Shown here one piece after another: positions 11,400 to 25,292 of a DNA stretch of 64,000 bases. This DNA is from Eukaryota sp. TZLM1-RC (lineage: Eukaryota; Protista; Metamonada: BaSk clade). The stretch lies in NCBI GenBank assembly GCA_040285825.1, contig JAUPSS010000002.1, positions 868,001 through 932,000 of the forward strand, in the 5' to 3' direction. Position numbers and translations under genes: made by a program. How positions within the stretch are numbered: the first letter of the stretch is position 1; each line of letters begins with the position of its first letter. The notes under the pieces are model-generated. The model ran no database searches. It had not been told where the DNA came from and saw nothing but the letters and a program-made list of their open reading frames with translations.

Positions 11400-13955
11400 T
11401 GGAGCAAACGAAGAATAAATTGCAAATATGGTCAGTATTCAAACAAAAGTCAGTTTTAACTCGTGGAGTTAAAGCACCTAACAATGAAAATACAATAGAT
11501 AAACTAAAAATACTTCATCCTTATGAAGACCCTATAATGGATCAAAATTTTTACGGAACTTACTGGGAAAATTATCCATTGATGCCATCAGAAGTTTTTT
11601 CGGTGATAAAAAAGAGACCACGCGGTAAGTCTGCCGGACTTTCAGGTATTACTATTGATCATGTAAAAGCCGCAATTATTTCTTCAGAGGATTGTCTTGG
11701 TTTATTAACCGAATTTTTCAACAAAATATTGACTGGACAACTCAAATATCCAGATGAATCAAGAAGTTCTCGTTTGACTGCACTTGTCAAAAATTCAAAA
11801 ATGGATGTTCGTCCTATTACAGTCTCTGAGAACTTACAAAATATTTTTCTGCCTGTTGCTAAAGCAGGTTCAATGAGAAAGCAAAAAAATTGTATTACCC
11901 TTTCAATATGGTATTAATACCACAGATGGAGTCTCTTCAGCGATATTTGCTACTGATGTTTTATTTCGCCAAAATGAATCCAATGTTTGTATGTCATTGG
12001 ATTTTAGTAATGCTTTCAATTCACTAAGTCGTCGCAGTATCCATGGTGCTCTATTGCAATGTATGCCGGAAGTAATGCCGTATTTTCAATCAACATATTG
12101 CACATATTCTAATTTACATTTTGGTAATAGCATTTTGAGTTCATCAAGTGGTTTAAAGCAAGGAGATCCGTTAGGACCTCTTTTGTTTTGTTTGGCCATT
12201 CATCCTATTTTACTGCAAATTCAAGAGATGTTTCCTTCCATAAAAATGATTGCATATATGGATGATGTTGTGCTTATTGATGATTTAAATATTGTGAAAC
12301 AAGCAACTGTATGTTTTAAAGAATTATTTACCAAAATTGGTCTCCGACTTAATTTACTAAAATGTGTTTTGTTATCGAATTCTCCAGTTTCCACAATAGT
12401 TGATGGTATTGAAATTCAAGCCAAATTATATGCAATTGATGCTATTCGTCATTTGGGTTCGTTTTTACGAAATAATAGTGAAACTACCAAAAAATTGTTT
12501 GAAAAGTTGAACTCAATTTCTGACAAAATTGACCGAATGATGAATTTAGATATAAAAAAACACATCAGATTTACCATTATAAGACTGTGTTTTAGTTCCA
12601 ATTTTAATCATATATTTCGATCTACAAATCCTCTCATCACTAGACCGTTGGCTCAGAAGTTTAATGAATTACGTGCAAAAGTTCTGTCTCAATTATTGGG
12701 ATGTAAAATGTTTCAAATTCCAGATCATGCTTACCTTAGTCCACAATATGGCGGTTTAGGGTGGACGAAGGCTTCTATTCTTACCTCGTGTGCTTTTGTT
12801 GGTGGATGCAGAAATGCAATCTTTGAGTTTTCCGAAGTATTTGCCGATTGGGGAGATTAACTAACGACAACACAAAGTTCCACTGTTTTTGCATTGAACG
12901 AAGAAATTTCAAAAATTGATGTAGATAAATGGGGTCGATGTTTTCCCCAATAATTCAATGGCAATATTCCAGAAAAAAATGTTTTAAATTTGAAGTACAC
13001 TCTTCGAACATTACAGAAACGATTGACTGGAATGTATGAAAAAGATCTTTATAATGATATATGCAGCTCGGCTGTTTTAAATCAAGATCTTCACTCATTG
13101 TTATTGGAAAAGGGTGTTTGTGAAAACAAGTCATCAGATTCTTCACTTTTTGTAACCATTGTACCACGAAGATTTGGATTGTGTGCCACTAATGAAGCAT
13201 TTGTAACAAAAATGAGATTATATTTGAGAATCCCCATTAATCAATTATTTTCAAAGGAAAAATGTATTTGTTCAAATTCACCTCAACTCACTTTGCGCCA
13301 TGCTCTGAATTGCTCTAAATTGATAACTTATCGTTCTTCATTACATGATACTGTTAGAGACACTGTTTTCAATATGGCACAAACTGCAAGAATATCGTGT
13401 ATCAAAGAGCCCCTGCTGAAGGAAACACTTTCTCGGAATAATTTTGGTTCTGATGATAGAGGTGATGTATACTGTGATTGGATTGATAATTCTGAAGCTA
13501 TTGTTGACTTTGTCTCATGTAATGTTGCAAATGATACTTTGGTTCACAGAAGAAAACTTAATCCTGTGGCTGCTCTGGATTTTAAAGCAAAAGAGAAACA
13601 TAGAAAATATGATAAAGATATTGAAAAGGCTGATGTCGATAGAAATACACAGCTGGTTTTTATTGCTTTCCCATTTTCGACAAATGGAAGATTATCAGTT
13701 GAAGCAGAAACTTTTTTGAATGACTTCCAAAAAATGGTGCAAGAAAAAACAATGAAAAGATTGGATATTTTTTTATGGCGTTCACGGATTCAATTTGCCA
13801 TTATTAATAGATTACCACGGTTTTTCAATCGAATAAGAGAAGCTTTAGTTAGACAACAAGCAGTTTAAGATTTTGTAGAGAAAATCTTGGTTCAATGATA
13901 GTCGTCCCATTAGTTATGAGTCATTGTAATTAAGTGTGCAAATTCAATGAATAAT
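11400..13955 (+). mobile_element. CRE-like non-LTR retrotransposon family A, longest copy (RT + CCHC + RLE + 3' UTR), disrupted
   Basis: GVKAP..T..KL..LHP, KSAGLSG, RPITVSE, QGDPLGP, YMDD, CxC..HALNC, HDTVRD, RGD, KEKHRKY; family 3' UTR GATAGTCGTCCCATTAGTTATGAG...GTGTGCAAATTCAAT; no poly(A). Confidence 0.9.
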
Positions 13956-14420
13956 ACAAACAAAAGTCGAAAACCATTTTTATTAACGTAGTGATAAAAC
14001 AAAATGTTAAACAGAGGATTGTGGATGTTGAAGAAAACTATGTCACAGTTTGGCGAGCAAGACAAATAGGCAATGATTGAACCTTTACATCAAACGAAGG
14101 TTTGTCGTAACTACATTAACTTCCCTTCTGGCAATCAACAACACAAGTTTGTTCAATACTCTACATCTCCACATACACTTTCCACTTCCCACATTGGTCA
14201 TCTTCCTACCGCATCACCTTTACATCACCGCTGCAACTTTGGATCTTCACAAGTACACTGGTATTGGTATATCAAAGTTCTAATATCAACAAATATAATA
14301 AATAATATCAATAAATATTCCAGTTAAAAAAGTTCTAATTTTTCTGAAAAAATTTCAGAAGTGAAATCCACAGCCAGATATCAAAATTGCATATTTTGCA
14401 AATAATTCCCCACCTTCAAA

Positions 14421-14984
14421 ATGGGCATTGTCTTCTCTAAAGTGTTCTCACGCCTCTTCTCCAAGGAACAACTTCAGTTCCTCATGGTTGGTCTTGATGC
14501 TGCTGGTAAATCCACTGTTCTGTTTCGACTTCGTGACAATGAGACTTATGATACTCTTCCCACAATAGGGTTTAACGTTGAAGACATTCGTTTCCGAAAC
14601 CTTACTTTCACATTGTATGATGTGGGTGGCCAGGATAAAATAAGACCTCTTTGGCGACATTACTTTGCTCGTACTGAAGCTGTCATTTTTGTTGTTGATT
14701 CTTCTGATGAAGCCAGACTTCCCGACGCCAAAGCTGAACTTCACCGCATGATGGAGGAGTCTGCTCTCTCAGATGTTACCTTACTAGTTCTTGCCAATAA
14801 GCAGGATCTTCCTAGTGCTCTTGGAGTGGACGAAATCTCCTCTAAGCTGGGACTAGATGATTTGCGTGGACATTCATGGCATATTTGTGGAACATGTGCT
14901 ACTAAGGGTGAAGGACTTACAGATGCTTTTGAATGGCTTGTCACACAGATAGAACAAAAGCAGCAAGAACGGAGGAGGCGTTAG
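14421..14984 (+). CDS. ADP-ribosylation factor (Arf/Arl) family small GTPase
   Basis: MG N-terminus, GLDAAGKST, PTIGFNVE, DVGGQDKIRPLWRHY, NKQD. Confidence 0.95.
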   Translation: MGIVFSKVFSRLFSKEQLQFLMVGLDAAGKSTVLFRLRDNETYDTLPTIGFNVEDIRFRNLTFTLYDVGGQDKIRPLWRHYFARTEAVIFVVDSSDEARLPDAKAELHRMMEESALSDVTLLVLANKQDLPSALGVDEISSKLGLDDLRGHSWHICGTCATKGEGLTDAFEWLVTQIEQKQQERRRR

Positions 14985-15201
14985 CAGTTGTAAATGTAAT
15001 AAATGACTTTAATTAAGTTATATTGTTTTTAATTTTATTATGTTGTGTTATTTGTTGACAATCAACAATTGTATATGTAATATTGGATGGAAAAAGAAAT
15101 TGAATGTAGAAAACAGAGTTCTTCGAAGAGAGAACGCTGATTTATAATTTAATCACAACTCAAAAATGAGAGAACTAATTACACTTTTACATTTTTCTTA
15201 G

Positions 15202-18200
15202 ATGGCACTTGATCAATTCAAAGGAGGCAAACGCCGTGATCAGTTACTTGACATACAACGATCTATCCAACAACAATGGGATGACGCTCATCTATATGAA
15301 GTGGAAGCCCCCTCATCTCCTTCTGAACAAGAAAAGTACCTTGTTACTTTCCCATATCGTATGTATTTACCTATACTCTTTCCATAGCCTATATGAATGG
15401 AAGACTGCACATCGGTCATGCTTTCTCGCTCTCAAAAGCTGAATTTGCTGCTCGATATCAACGTATGCTTGGTAAACGTGTTCTATTCCCTTTCGGATTT
15501 CATGTGACCGGAATGCCTATTAAAGCATGTGCTGACAAGCTTCGTTACGAGATGGAAACCTTTGGCTATCCACCTCAATTCCCAACCGATGAAGAGGAGG
15601 CCCCTCAACAGTCAGTTGCTGATGATAAGGTCGACCCTACCAAGTTCAAGGCACAAAAGGGAAAACTAGCCCGCAAGTCTAGTGGTCAAAAGTACCAATG
15701 GGAAATCATGTCCTCTCTTGGTTTATCTGATGAAGAAATCAAGCAGTTTGCCGATCCAGTCCATTGGTGCCATTATTTCCCCCCTATTGGTATTGAGGAC
15801 TGTAAGGGCTTTGGGCTTTCTGTGGATTGGAGAAGAAGCTTCATTACAACCGATATCAACCCTTACTATGACTCCTTCATTCGTTGGCAGTTCAAGGTTT
15901 TACGTGGGTTGGGCAAGGTCAAGTTTGGTAAGAGATACACCATCTTTTCCCCCAAAGACCAACAGCCATGTGCTGACCATGATCGTTCTGCTGGTGAAGG
16001 CGTGGTTCCTCAAGAGTATACCGTTATCCTTTTAGAATTAGATTCCCTTCCCAAGTCCCTTTCTCACTTGGAAAGTCGTAAAGTTAGTCTTGCTGCCGCC
16101 ACCCTCCGTCCCGAGACTATGTTTGGTCAAACTAACTGTTGGGTACTACCAGGCGCGGAATATGGGGCTTTTGAATTAAGCAAGGATGGCCCGGTCTTGG
16201 TAATGTCAGAGAGAGCAGCTAAGAATATGGCTTATCAAGGTCTTTCTCCTGAATTTGGCAAGATTTCTAGAGTGGGGACTGTTAATGGTGATGATTTGCT
16301 CGGTCTAGCTGCACATGCCCCTCTGAGTGCTGTTAACCCTATCTATTGTTTGCCCATGATGACAATCTCCATGACTAAGGGCACAGGTATAGTCACTTCT
16401 GTTCCCTCTGATTCTCCTGATGATTTAATGGCTTTGAGAGATTTGCAAAACAAAGCTGCATTCAGAGACAAGTATGGAATCACTGAAGAAATGGTCAGTA
16501 GAGAGTTGGTGCCAATCATTGAAGTGCCTGAACTCGGAACTCTTGCTGCCCAAACAGTCTGTGATAAAATGAAGATCAAAAGTCAAAACGACAAGGAAAA
16601 ACTTAAACTCGCAAAAGAAGAAGTTTATACTAGAGGTTTTTACTCAGGAACAATGGTTGTTGAAGCTGAAGGACTCTGTCTGTCTGGAGTTAAGGTATCC
16701 GAAGCCAAGATTATTGTTAAGGAATTTTTAATCTCTTCCAAACAAGCTCTTCATTACTCAGAACCTGAATCCCTTGTCATTTCCCGTTCTGGTGAAGAAT
16801 GTGTTGTCTCCCTCACTGATCAATGGTACATGGACTATGGTGAAGAAGAGTGGAAGCAGGAAACACTTGCTTGTCTTAAGAAGATGAATTGCTTCAATGA
16901 TGAAACTGCTGTTCGAATGGAAGCCGCTCTTAATTGGTTGTCTCAATGGGCATGTTCTAGAACATTTGGTTTGGGATCAAGGCTTCCCTGGGATGAACAG
17001 TATCTAATTGAGTCTTTGTCTGATTCTACAATCTACATGGCTTATTACACCATTGCTCATCTCCTTCACCAAGGTTCTCTGGATGGTAGTACTCCAGGTA
17101 TTGTCTCTCCTGAAGAATTAGATGACCATGTTTGGGATTATGTTTTGCTCGGAAGGCCTTATAATCAGTGCTGTAAGGTAGATGAAGAAAGATTAAAAGC
17201 ATTGAGGAAGGAATTTTCTTATTTTTACCCAGTGGATTTGCGTGTTTCTGGTAAAGATTTGATCACCAATCACTTGACAATGTGGTTGTACAATCATACA
17301 GCTATTTTTGAGCAGGAGCATCACCCAACAGGAGTTCGAGCTAATGGCTTTTTGGTACTAAACAATGAAAAAATGTCTAAACAAACTGGAAACTTTATTA
17401 CCCTTCGTGAAGCTGTCGAAGAATTTACTTCTGATGCCACCAGATTCGCTCTTGCAGATGCTGGTGACACTATGGAAGATGCAAACTTTGTCACAGATAC
17501 TGCTAATGCTGCTATCCTTAAGCTTACCACTTTTCTTTCATTTATTGATGGAATTTCGAATTTGAAAGAGCTGAAGGACTCTAGTGTCTATCAAAGCCAT
17601 TCATCGGCAACCGATTTTGTTTCATTTGCTCATTATGCATTCAATTCAGCTATTGATAAGGCCATTGCCCTTACCAAGGAACATTATGAGTCTATGAACT
17701 ACAGACTCGCTCTCAAAACTGGTTTCCATGACCTCCACCAAGCCCGTGACGTTTACCGTCTTCGTTTGGGAGATGCAATGGATCCCTCCCTTCTGGTTAG
17801 GTTCATTAAAGTTCAGACCCTTTTAATTGCTCCCATCTGCCCCCACACTTGTGAGTACATTTGGAAGGAAAAGCTTGGTTATAAGGACTCTGTCGTGTTT
17901 GCCCCTTTCCCAGAGATATCTGGAATCGATTGGGGCATTGGCGTTAAGCAATCTGAATTGGTTGAAGGTCTTGTAGTTGGTATCCGTAGAAATCTAGATA
18001 AAGCCAATCGTAAAAAGCCCAAGAGCGTCACTAGGGTTAAGATATTTTGTGGCGAAACTTATCCAGAACATTTCATCAAGGTTCTGGAGTTTACTCGCAA
18101 TAAGGATATGGCTGTTGGCTCTCCGGAATTGGTAAAGGTAGTCAAGCAAGATCCTTCCCTCAAGAAAAATATGAAAACCATCATGCCTTTCTTGACATCT

Positions 18201-18425
18201 CTGAAGGAAGCTGGTCACTCTTCTATTGAGACTGTTGATCTTACTTCTCCATTTAAAGAATCTACTGTTTTGTCTTGGTGTAGAGACTATATCTTGAGCA
18301 ATGTTGAATCTCTGGAAGATTTTGAAGTTTCAACTGAAGATCCTAGTGAGCTTTCTGGTGAAGAGAAGAAGATTAGAGAAGTTGCATTACCAGGTTCTCC
18401 TGCCATTTACCTTGTTCGTAGTTAG
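15202..18425 (+). CDS. LARS1: Leucyl-tRNA synthetase, cytosolic; 29-nt intron at 15359-15387
   Basis: Splicing GTATGT...CATAG restores TFPYPYMNGRLHIGH; also KMSK, ATLRPET, KGTGIVTSVPSDSPDD editing-domain motifs. Confidence 0.97.
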
Positions 18426-19384
18426 TTTTGGTTTTATATTGTGTTTTTTTAAACTAGTCTTTGTTTTTCTTATTCAGTCTTACAAACAGCTTTTTTTTCA
18501 AAAACCTACAGTTATTTAGTGAGCCAGGTTGTTTGGGACAAATTGAAATAATCATTAATATCAAACAGATTCTGGTGTGACCTTTTTTAACAATACATTG
18601 ATTATAAGATTAGTGAAAAGTGATTACCTGCCAGAATGCTTCACCAACAGTCGAGATTGGGGTGACTAGTGCAAAATTTAATAAATAAGCTCAATTATCT
18701 CACTGCTTGTCAGACGCGCCCCCTGGACCAAGGATGCTTCAGGATTATATGGATTCACTGTGAAGTGAAACCATCCAGGAGCAGGCCAGGGCTCAGCCCT
18801 ACAGCTAACTATTTTCCAGCCATCCTGAGATTCCACCTTACAGGGTGAGTAACAATCTATTTCTCCAGGAAGTTATCCGCAACAAATACAGGTGATGACT
18901 TCTTGTTCAACCAAAGGTAGCAAGGCGACTGCCTCTCATGAACATTTCTATCATTTGGTTGAAAATAGGCTATTGTGTGAGATTGTCTCTTCCTACTCTT
19001 TGGCTGGGAAGGATCAATTTATCCAAGTAGTCCCTTATGAAGATTTTGTAAATTTGTTTTCTATCAATAATTTATTGATTTTTTGATTAATAAGCAGAAT
19101 TTTATACATTTTTCAAAAAACACGATATGAATTTGCTGATCGTGTCTGGGACACGGACTCGGGACTTTCTTCTGTTTCTACCCACAACGTATTCATAGAA
19201 TTAAGCATCTCATATTAGGTTTATTTTGAAGAGATTCATCACATACCTGCTATATTCTTTTCTATTATTTTATTCATATTCCTATATTTCAAAACAGTCA
19301 ATAGGTTTTCGCTAATTACCATAACTTTTGGAAACTCTTCGTCTTAATGGCGAACAACATTAAAACAAATTAATTCAATGTTGT

Positions 19385-20760
19385 TTGAAACAATTTGGCA
19401 CCAATATGAATCAAATTCTGACGTGCAATCCTTACAATCCTCATATAATATCTGGTTTCAATATTATAAACCTTGGAATCCCACTTACTATCAAACGTTC
19501 TAAAAAAGGATTCTTGGAGGATGAAATTGGTGGTCGTCAATGCAATCCTTATTGTAATTCACAATGATTAAGGTGATATATGAAGCAGTAATTAGTTTCC
19601 AGGATTCTATTATTGGATTGCAATTCATTTGTGGGTATTTTTTACACATATTCGAATTATATTCCGACGCTATTTTACCAGAAAATGAGTCAGAATTATT
19701 TTTGAAGAGTTTTCTTGTGGTTATATCACAAGGGGAAAACAAGGGTCTTATTGATCACCAAAAAACAGTATACTAATTCTTCAATGCGTTCCAACAATGG
19801 AATTCTATCATCAACAATTTAAGGTCACACTTGTCCTTAAAACTTCTCAAAGAACAATAGCCAATATTTTGTATTACACAGTTGACAAACTGATTGTCAA
19901 TGTCAAAAATGATCTTCAAGAGCATTACTTTTACTAGTGATATAATTTTGTTGATGAATTTTATGTTGTTACGCAAGAAACTTTAAGCTGAAAATAACAG
20001 AACAAAATTTTTCTACATCATTTATCAGTATGGTAAAAAACACTGATTCTAAAAGCATATTGGGATATTGATGGAGAAACATCGTCTCTGAGGAAACAAC
20101 TACCCTTTTTCAGTTCTCTTTTCATTAACAGTCATTTGCATAAACGTCTTTTCACTAATTCTAAAAGGAAAGATATTTGAAATTTTATATCTGAAGACAA
20201 TGTCTTACATTATCATTCTTTAAAAAGATGATGAGATTGAGGTCTTTCATCCTCTATCACTGAAACAACCTTCCATGCCATCTTATATTAAAATCGACAG
20301 GACATGTCTGCTACACCTGTATTTTGCAATTGAAAGTACATTTACTTGAACAAAATCGGCTGTAATGACGAAAACGACGACTTGTTTTTATTGGACACTA
20401 TATTAAAAATAGACATAAGTAAAGACACGAAACTTTATTCAGGAAATTCAAAGTACATCATGTCTAGCATCGAGAGTGATGTAAAAGTAACAACTTTTGG
20501 AGCAAATTATCCAAACAGTATCGTTGATTTTGGTGATTTTAGCCAAATAGTTATCGCAATTAGAGACTGGCAACCACAAAATGTAATTCAGAGAAACTGC
20601 TAAAGGAAAAGGTTTGAGAATTGTATAAAAATCCGGTTATAAGGCCTTTTGATTGATGAGATTTAAACCAGTTGCTGTTGGTTCATATACCAGAAAGCGA
20701 AAAAAGCAGTTGAAATGTTTCGGATGGCGTAGAAATCCAAGGGCTATTGTTAGTTGTTAT
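19385..20760 (+). pseudogene. Fanzor1, decayed near-full-length copy F (family 1)
   Basis: Motifs in collinear order across frames: IYEAV..IIGLQFICGYFLH..LP; LIVNVKNDLQEHY; VFHPLSLKQPSMPSYIKIDRTCLLHL; SIESD; FGDFSQIVIAIRDW; ETAKGKGLR..KSGYKAFLIDE..TSCC; RRNPR. RuvC-I appears deleted. Confidence 0.7.
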
Positions 20761-21079
20761 ATAAAATGTATTTATATAATCCTTTCGAATTTTCTTTGAG
20801 TTTGGCCATCTTTGAGACCAAATGCCCAACCTGGACAATCAACAATTTCCAAACTTTTATATCTACGTAATTCTTGAATTATAATTTTTTGAATTTTATA
20901 CAAAGACTTACCACAAGCATCCTCATAATTATCAGCATTTTCATTCATTACTTCTTATACAAAAACTGTATATAAAATGGTAAAAATTGTAACTGAAATG
21001 ATTTAAAAAATGATGTTTGAAAATCCATCTAGTATTTTGTATCAAAAAGTTGAAGAAAAAATATTGTGTTTGATAATTG

Positions 21080-23760
21080 TATTCGTCCTATTGCAGTCTC
21101 TGAGAGCTTACAAAATATTTGTTCTGCGTGTTGCTTAAGCAGGTTCAATGAGAAAGCAAAAAGGATTTTATTACCCTTTCAATATGGAATTAATACCACT
21201 GATGGAGTCTCTTCAACGATATTTGCTACTGATGTATTATTTCGTCAAAATGAATCCAATGTTGGTATGTCATTGGATTTTAGTAATGCATTCAATTCAC
21301 TCAGTCGTCGCAATATCCATGGTGCTCTATTGCAATATATGCCGGAATTAATGCCGTATTTTCAACCAACATATTGCACATATTCTAATTTACATTTTGG
21401 TAATAGCATTTTGAGTTCATCAAGTGGTGTAAAGCAAGGAGATCCATTAGGACCTCTTTTGTTTTGTTTGGCCATTCATCCTATTTTATTGCAAATTCAA
21501 CAGATGTTTCCTTCGCTAAAATGATTGCATATATGGATGATGTTGTTCTTATTGGTGATTTCAATATTGTGAAAAAAGCAACTGTATGTTTTAAAGAATT
21601 ATTTACCAAAATTGGTCTCTGACTTAATTTACTTAAATGTGTTTTGCTATCGAATTCTCCAGTTTCCACAATAGTTGATGGTATTGAAATTCAAACCAAA
21701 TTATATTCAATTGATGCTATTCGTCATTTGGGTTCGTTTTTAGAATACAATGTATTTATTGAATTTGCACACTTAATAAAATTAACTCATAACTAATGGG
21801 ACGACTATCATTGAACCAAGATTTCCTCTACAAAATCTTGATCTGCTTGCTGTCTAGCTAAAGCTTCTCTAATTCGATTGAAAAACCGCGGTAATCTATT
21901 AATAATGGCAAATTGAATCCGTGAACGCCATAAAAAAATATCAAATCTTTTCATTGTTTTTTCTTGCACCATTTTTTGGAAGTCATCCAAAAAAAGTTTC
22001 TGCTTCAACTGATAATCTTCCATTTATCGAAAATGGGAAAGCAATAAAAACCAGCTGTGTATTTCTATCGACATTTGCCTCTTCAATATCTTTATCATAT
22101 TTTCTATGTTTCTCTTTTGCTTTAAAATCCAGAGCAGCCACAGGATTAAGTTTTCTTCTGTGAACCAAAGTATCATTTGCAACATTACATGAGACAAAGT
22201 CAACAATAGCTTCAGAATTATCAATCCAATCACAGTATACATCACCTCTATCATCAGAACCAAAGTTTGTTTTTAGGAAATAATGATGAAATTACCAAAA
22301 AATTGTTTGAAAAGTTGAACTCAATTTCCGACAAAATTGACCGAATGATGAATTTAGATATACAAAAACACATCAAATTTACCATTACAAGACTGTGTTT
22401 TAGTTCCAATTTTAATCATATATTTCGATCTACAAATCCTCTCGTCACTAGACCTTTGGCTCAGAAGTTTAATGAGTTACGTGCAAAAGTTCTGTCTCAA
22501 TTACTGGGATGTAAAATGTTTCAAATTCCAGATCATGCTTACCTTAGTCCACATTATGGCGGTTTAGGGTGGACGAAGGCTTCTATTCTTACCTCGTGTG
22601 CTTTTGTTGGTGGATGCAGGAATGCAATCTTTGAGTTTTCCGAAAGATTTGCAGATTGGGAAGATTTATTGATGACAACGCAAAGTTCCACTGTTTTTGC
22701 ATTAAATGAAGAAATGTCAAAAATTGATGTAGAAAAATGGGGTCGATGTTTTCCCCAATCATTCAATGGCAATATTCCAGAAAAGAATGTTTTAAATTTG
22801 AAGTACACTCTTCGAACATTACAGAAACGATTGACTGGAATGTATGAAAAAGATCTTTATAATAATATATGCAGCTCGGCTGTTTTAAATCAAGATCTTC
22901 ACTCATTGTTATTGGAAAAGGGTGTTTGTGAAAACAAGTCATCAGATTCTTCACTTTTTGTAACCATTGTACCACGAAGATTTGGATTGTGTGCCACTAA
23001 TGAAGCATTTGTAACAAAAATGAGATTATATTTGAATATCCCCATTAATCAATTATTATCAAAAGAAAAATGTATTTGTTCGAATTCACCTCAACTCACT
23101 TTGCACCATGCTCTGAATTGCTCTAAATTGATAACTTATCGTTCTTCATTACATGATGCTGTTAGAGACACTGTTTTCAATATGGCACAAACTGCAAGAA
23201 TATCGTGTATCAAAGAGCCCCTGCTGAAGGAAACACTTTCTCTGAATAATTTTGGTTCTGATGATAGAGGTGATGTATACTGTGATCGGATTGATAATTC
23301 TGAAGCTATTGTTGACTTTGTCTCATGTAATGTTGCAAATGATACTTTGGGTCACAGAAGAAAACTTAATCCTGTAACTGCTCTGGATTTTAAAGAAAAA
23401 GAGAAACATAGAAAATATGATAAAGATATTGAAGAGGCTAATGTCGATAGAAATACACAGCTGGTTTTTATTGCTTTCCCATTTTCGATAAATGGAAGAT
23501 TATCAGTTGAAGCAGAAACTTTTTTGAATGACTTCCAAAAAATGGTGCAAGAAAAAACAATGAAAAGATTTGATATTTTTTTGGCGTTCACGGATTCAAT
23601 TTGCCATTATTAATAGATTACCACGGTTTTTCAATCGAATAAGAGAAGCTTTAGCTAGACAACAAGCAGATCAAGATTTTGTAGAGGAAATCTTGGTTCA
23701 ATGATAGTCATCCCATTGGTTATGAGATAATTTAATTAAGTGTGCAAATTCAATCAATAC
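21080..23760 (+). mobile_element. CRE-like family A copy, interrupted at 21744-22268
   Basis: RT part 21080-21743 continues seamlessly after the insert at 22269 (RHLGSFL|GNNDEI); ends in the family 3' UTR. Confidence 0.9.
21744..22268 (-). mobile_element. 5'-truncated family A copy nested antisense, 8-bp TSD GTTTTTAG
   Basis: RLE C-terminus and 3' UTR on the minus strand; GTTTTTAG at 21736-21743 and 22269-22276. Confidence 0.9.
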
Positions 23761-24070
23761 AGTTTATTTAATTTCGTCATTTTTATCTGATTTTCGTCAT
23801 TTTTTTCAAACATCAAACATTTTTTTAAATCTGATGTCGAAAAATAGATTATCACACCACTTATTCAATTTGGCCGCACGAAATATTTTGGAAAATTGAA
23901 AAAGCATTGAAATTGAAAAAGCATTGAATGAATTAAAACCTGATGTTGAAGAATATGATCCTAAATTTAAATCTGAATATTTTGAAAACGAAGGATTGAG
24001 AAATCTATCTCAAATATTAATAGAAAAGGCATGAGAGAATTATTCATCACGGGCTACCCATGGTTAAATC

Positions 24071-25075
24071 ATGCCAAAGTTGTGGAATAGAAATCGAAAA
24101 GCTTCGTTGGGCCAGTATACCAGTATACCTGTAAAAAGCCAAGATGGATGGTGGTTCAAAAAATCTCGTACTTACCAAAAACTAGTCCCTCTACACCACA
24201 GTAACAGAGACACTTATCAGACCATATCTGTAAGAATGACTTCAGACCTAGAGGCCCCCTGCTCTTGTGGACAATCCAGCTGTCGCAATGCTCTTAGTCA
24301 ACTCATCAGCTTCCAAACCGACTGCCTTACACAAATCAATTCTCTACAACCAAAATTGGAAGCTGCTCAAACTGAACTCTTTGATACTGTGAAAAAGCTT
24401 TCTGATACACAAGATCATGTCATTCAGTTAAAACAAGATCTGTCAGATACTAAGCTTGAACTGGCGCTTTCTAGAAATGAAATAGATCAATTAAAGCAGC
24501 AAGTGTCGGATCTCCAATCACAAAATCAATACAAAGATCAAGTCATTGCTGTTCAAAGGCAACAAGTCCAAGATCAGCTCAAGGAACTGGAAGAACAAGA
24601 TTCTCAGCTTTCTGTTGTCACTACTGATTACTCCAAGCTAATGGAAAACTTCAATAAACTGAACACATACACAGATTCTGTAGTTGAAGACCTCACACAA
24701 CTTACCTCTCTACACGAGTCCCAGACCACAAAGTCTTCAGAACTGGAGGCCCAGCTATGTGTTCTTCAAAAGTTCAATTCTCTGATTGGTTTTCAAATAG
24801 AACGTTTGGATGATGGTTTCGGACTTTGTTTCTCTGGTGAAGAAGAATCTTTACTATGTTGTTCAATCCAATCACTTCCTCATGACTCTCCTCTTCCCCC
24901 TGAACCAGGTGATTGGTTGCTCTACTCAGTCAAAAGCGTGGATGAAGACAGTGCTGGTAGATTGGGACCATTTGCTCATTCAGGACTGGTTGTGAGGTCA
25001 GGTGATTTCAACAGACTGATATTGTCGTTATTGGATGCTGTGATAGTGGGCGATTGTCAATCAAATAAGGATTAG
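24071..25075 (+). CDS. Hypothetical coiled-coil protein
   Basis: 334-aa ORF with long Q/E/L heptad region and host-like composition. Confidence 0.65.
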   Translation: MPKLWNRNRKASLGQYTSIPVKSQDGWWFKKSRTYQKLVPLHHSNRDTYQTISVRMTSDLEAPCSCGQSSCRNALSQLISFQTDCLTQINSLQPKLEAAQTELFDTVKKLSDTQDHVIQLKQDLSDTKLELALSRNEIDQLKQQVSDLQSQNQYKDQVIAVQRQQVQDQLKELEEQDSQLSVVTTDYSKLMENFNKLNTYTDSVVEDLTQLTSLHESQTTKSSELEAQLCVLQKFNSLIGFQIERLDDGFGLCFSGEEESLLCCSIQSLPHDSPLPPEPGDWLLYSVKSVDEDSAGRLGPFAHSGLVVRSGDFNRLILSLLDAVIVGDCQSNKD

Positions 25076-25292
25076 TTATTACCTTGTAGAGTTTGTACTA
25101 TATTATTTTCAATGTATTATCTTTTATTGATTTATTCAAATCTTTTTGTTCATTTGTGTGGTGTTTTTGTATTATTTTATTTAACTCGATGTTTTTCAAT
25201 TTCATAGGATTATTCTACATTATCTAATATAATATAAATATAATATATATTATTTTACATTATCGGACATCATATATTTATAGAATTTAATA

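Noticed and set aside
15682-18519. Short overlapping or antisense ORFs within LeuRS (and likewise in kinesin, gypsy and saposin)
   Set aside because: Shadow ORFs of real coding sequence, with no motifs
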